Program-made: the position numbers and the translations under genes | Shown here: in pieces, positions 59,782 through 64,000 of the stretch | Layout of the letters: every line of letters begins with the position of its first letter | Position numbering within the stretch: the stretch's first letter is position 1 | The notes under the pieces: generated by a model | Databases searched by the model: none | What the model was told of the DNA's origin: nothing | What the model saw: the letters and a program-made list of their open reading frames with translations, nothing else | Assembly (NCBI GenBank): GCA_001949185.1 | Contig: BDGG01000001.1 | Coordinates: forward strand, 2,993,324-3,057,323 | Source: Ramazzottius varieornatus | Lineage: Eukaryota > Animalia > Tardigrada | Length of the DNA: 64,000 bases | Direction: 5' to 3'

Positions 59782-60861
59782 TTATAGGAAGTCCGACGGG
59801 TCGATGAAAGGGTTCTTCTGGTTTCGGTACCGTAGTGCAATGAATATCCCCACAACCTGAAAAAGAAGGAACAATTTGGCACATTCTTCGAATCTTCGTG
59901 CTGGCATTTCTATGAGATCAAATTCGAAATTGATTATGTACTACGAACCTCGGTAAAACTGAAAAACAACCCAATTCCCCCACATAACCGTAAAGACGCC
60001 CTGATTATCTCGTCTAGCTTTTGAAAGCAGGCCGAGCATGGACAGTGATCTGGTCCCAGATGTGCGGCGCAACATGTGCCTGGAATAACCTGGTGACTCT
60101 CTCTACAGCAGGGCAACTGTGAATAAACAAGAAATTGTTGATGGTGGATGAATGAAATTACAGAGTGATCTAGAATGGCCATGATGTTATACATACATTT
60201 GAGCAGACGGGACTGAAATCTGCCGAAGACGTTCCATTGACAAAGTACTCCTTATACGAGTTGAAGCCGCAACAGTTGGCGTAGTTCTGGACGTCTATTC
60301 TCGAATTGTTACTGGCCATACTCCAGCCATACTCCATGGCAGCTGTAATCTGCTCGTCTCCCACCGAAAGACATGCACAAGCAACGCTGAATTGTATGAG
60401 GAACAACAGCAGCATGAGTACCATATACTGCAAACAAAAAGGTCTATTATTAATCAGTATGTCTACCGGTACATTGAACATCAGAGGCTGACTTACAAAA
60501 AAGAGCATCACTTGGTGATGCTTGATGGCCGCCACGATACCGACGACGGCGAGTATCAGAAGAAAGACGCTAGTGGTGACAATAGCAATGATCGCCCCGA
60601 AACTCGTTATCCTGCTGGCTGCCAGTCCATATCCAGCGACTCCAATCAGGACTATGCTCACGCACTATAAACAAAAAACCTCACTATAAGCCACACAAAA
60701 GAACTGAGAACGTGATTCTCTATCGTTCAGAAGGGGTTTTTGCGTGTACCATCATACGAATATTTATCACTACGTTGAATAGGGATGATAGTACTTACAA
60801 TATACAGTACATTCAAGGCGATCAGAGCGTTCTTCGAGCATCCGAACCCGGGTCCACCCAT
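59782..60861 (-). CDS. Tetraspanin, TSPAN13/31 subfamily, multi-exon
   Basis: MGGPGFGCSKNALIALNVLYI; KHHQVMLFFYM; QFSVACACL; CCGF; GGIGLFFSFTE; RYRNQKNP..PSDFL*. Confidence 0.93.
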
Positions 60862-63291
60862 GCCTGCGACCAAATGCGCTGATACCCGGAGCTAGGAAAG
60901 ATCGAAGGCCGTCTAGTTATGGGAGAAGATCCGCGGAGGAGCAGTTGTATGGTCGAGTTCTGTTGCTGCCGCTGTAGACGACTGTGAAAGAAGACAGAAA
61001 CCAGTATTCTCTTACAACGGCAGCCTCGATCAGATGTCTTGTCCACCGAAAGACAGCAAGAAATTGAGGAAAGTCCGGAAAGTAAAAGCATGGAAAATAT
61101 AAACAGAGAATGATTACATCTTTGGCGTCTTACCGATGTATCGAAAGCACTGATGTGCTGCTGAAGCACGCGTCTGCCGGGGCATGGCGAGCCAAAACGC
61201 GCAAAGTTAAAATGGTAGGCCATAAATATACCGGAGCCAGGTCCCGTATATAGGACACCTTGGCATCGAATCTCGGTAGAAGTGCTTTTTCAAATATTGA
61301 GCTAACAGGTGCAGTCAATCAACCGAAGTGTGGTTTTGTTTCTTTTTCATACCCAAGCTGCGGTGGAGGTTAATTGAATGATCTTACTTTTCGGTCAGGT
61401 TAACAATCTGATACGTCACAGAATGGTTACGTCATGACTAAAATCTGCCCCACATTATGCTTTGACTCATGACGTCAAGGATACTTGTCGGAGTCCTTCC
61501 TTCCAGCAACGCGCGCTTCAGCAGCACATCAGTGATCAAAAGTTTGAAAACCGACTGGCGAAATGCGAGCACGATGACGCAGACATGCATGGTGCATAGC
61601 TATGCTTGACATGACTCACATATGACATAACATTACGTCTCTTTAGAATATTATGGTGCGGAAGATTTCGAAGCATCCACCCGCAGTCCACCACCATGGA
61701 TCTTTCGCAGGGTTTTATCAGCAAACAGCAGAAAATCGTCGCAGAACGAGACAATAGTGACACCCATTCCCAAGGTTGTCGATGGGTTTGCAAGACGCAG
61801 CGGAACCCGAGAAACGGACTGCGCCTTCCTTCAAGAATCAGTTTGCTACCAGTTCCTCGTCGACCTACGCAGTGGGCATCACCTCAACTGACCACCATAC
61901 ATCAGTCTCGGTTCTCTGTCCCGACCTGTACACTGGAATGACATATTCATGGCGATACTTCTTGTCGATGGGTGGGGCGCGAGAGAATCGTTTCACTGCA
62001 AGATCGCATTTCCTCATAGTAGGCCTTTTCCGCTACGCCACCAGCGAAAACGCTGTAGCAAGTGGTGGTGGTGACTGCCACCACGTTATCTTACCAGCGT
62101 TACCATTGTTCGGCTCGGCCCCGCATGTACGAGTGGGACGTACGTGGTACAGTTCATGCCGTCGACATTTCAAATTTATATGTTTTCGCATTCATAACTT
62201 TCCTTCTCCTGCTATCAACTTTTGCAGTCTTTCGCTCGTTTGTTAGAAACTTTCAAGTCCTCTATAGCATATTTTAGACTCTTTAGCAACAGCGTATAGC
62301 ATCATGGATCAGCAACGAACAGCGCGTGCGCCTCCCAGAAGTAAGTATAACAGGTGAGCAAGCTAGAACTTCCAGTTTACTGGACCCATCCCCATATCAG
62401 CAGCAGCCCAAATTTCAGAATGTTAAACGCCGTAACCCGAGCGTCCAACGCTGGGTTACGAGCCTTGTACTTAGGGTCCAAACCTAAATATTCTGTGCGT
62501 GGATCTCATCGATCCATGAAAACTGAGTACCGCGCGGGGCCAAAATTCTAACAGGCCGTAGAACACAGGCGCTGGAGTCCAGAATAGTGGGCAGGAGCAC
62601 CTGTCGCAGCGTCGCTCCCGAATGAGTATCACTTCTAGAATTGGAGTGATGATCATTCGAATTTAGCAGTGTGTTAGTTTTGATGATCAGCTGTGTACTT
62701 TGGTAGATGTTTTTGGATAACTGCATTTACCTACTTTATTTGTGGGTATAAGCGCGGATGCAAAAATCAGGTTTTACCTCATACTAATATTCTTGGGCCA
62801 GAATAACTTTCAGTCCGTCGAAGTTCGTACACGGCTTATTGCTTGGGATTCACGATCACTTCCTGCGTTCAAAAACTAGCTGATGATCCGCAACACGCTT
62901 CTACCGCAAAAAAGACTCTTTTCGATATTTTGATATTTTGGTTAATTTTTGGACCGCTTCCCGAAGTGACACTCGAGAGGAATTATTCACTGCCCGCACC
63001 AGATATCCACCTTGACTTTCGAGATCATGATTAGTTCTTAAAGATTCGCTTTAGATATTCTGTGTGTTTTAACACGGTGCGTTCTACCAGGACTTTGGAA
63101 GTCTGGAACAAGGGGGCTACGGAGACATGGCAAGTTATTTCGCAGCTGGGTAAGCGCCACAACTCGGAAAATTATCGATGTCGCCGCGAAAACGGAATCA
63201 ACTTGCTCACTGTCCAAGTCGAAAATTCTGCTGTACCGGCAGCGTATTTTCCAAGACTTGCTCTGGATTCTTTAGAATCTATAGTCTGGAG

Positions 63292-64000
63292 ATGGACATG
63301 AACGCCACTTCCGATGTGGACGAGCACGCTGACGGCCCAGTGACGGGTGACATAATGCCGCTTGTGACGTCACAAACGTGCGGGGCGAATCAGTGGTGCC
63401 ATCTGCACGTAGGAGCGGGCCTCTGACTCATTCATCACAAAAGTTTGGATGAGTCATTAGTTTGAGCGCCTGAGCGGAACACAAGGAACACACTGAACGG
63501 GCCCAAAATGTGGCAGTTGCGTTCCGTTATCGGGGAACCGAACGGCGCAGCCAGAGGAAAGAGAGGCCGAAAACAGCAAAGGCAGGCCAGAGAGAGGGAG
63601 ACCCGCAACGATCTGCTTGCTGCACCAGATTGTTCGCTGTTAAATTTTGCTACGGGAAAGTCTGACGATATTTCCACGGACTTTGATGCTTCTCGATGGT
63701 TTATCTGTGTTCTGCCCGGATAATTGGACTCACGATTTTTTTCTCTGAATTTTACCCATGGTAGCCTCGACGGAATCTATGAATTGGTAAGTGGGGAAAG
63801 ATATAAACCGGAATTATAAAAATCTTTGATGTAATTTGGGTCTGTAGGCTCCGTTTAAACAATGGCGTCGATTGTCAGTTTGCTCCTCCTACATCTCCAA
63901 CACCGCAGCAGCACAACTGTATGGCCTTATCAGTTCCTAACGGCATGATAACCACGTTTGATCCAGGCGCCATCATGAAAAATGGCGAGCACGGGGAAAA
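63292..64000 (+). CDS. Possible 5' part of an unidentified multi-exon gene running off the window
   Basis: Plausible GT-AG-linked open exons (MDMNATSDV...; ...RGKRGRKQQRQARERE...; LRLNNGVDCQFAPP... open to the window end); no domain recognised. Confidence 0.3.

Noticed and set aside
61696-62551. Short + strand ORFs with splice-like signals
   Set aside because: Could not build a convincing reading frame; may be UTR exons of the downstream gene
1-64000. rRNA, tRNA, CRISPR arrays, transposase or prokaryotic operons
   Set aside because: None recognised by eye; small ncRNAs cannot be excluded without a covariance-model search

Overview
Gene-dense eukaryotic (invertebrate animal) DNA with many short (about 50-70 nt) GT-AG introns, so the ORF track shows exon fragments. 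Compact gene structure and gene content suggest a tardigrade-like ecdysozoan; this is inference only. Manual splicing supports, in order: IRF2BP-like (-), receptor guanylyl cyclase (+), CD39-type NTPDase (+), a Cys-rich membrane/GPI protein (-), a large secreted protein with two catalytically dead astacin domains plus a mucin (-), ZSWIM8 (-), an F-box protein (+), SH3BP5 (-), CED-6/GULP (+), a tiny single-IQ protein (+), vitellogenin (-), a divergent heme peroxidase with Tyr-rich tails (-) and tetraspanin-13/31 (-). The most notable signals are three. (1) The tandem pseudo-astacin/mucin has furin-type sites and repeated amphipathic helices. (2) A ~120-bp palindromic element occurs 7 times, always in introns, alongside other intronic fold-backs. 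(3) The peroxidase carries Tyr-rich eggshell/cuticle-like tails and lies next to vitellogenin. Exon boundaries were read by eye and are approximate.
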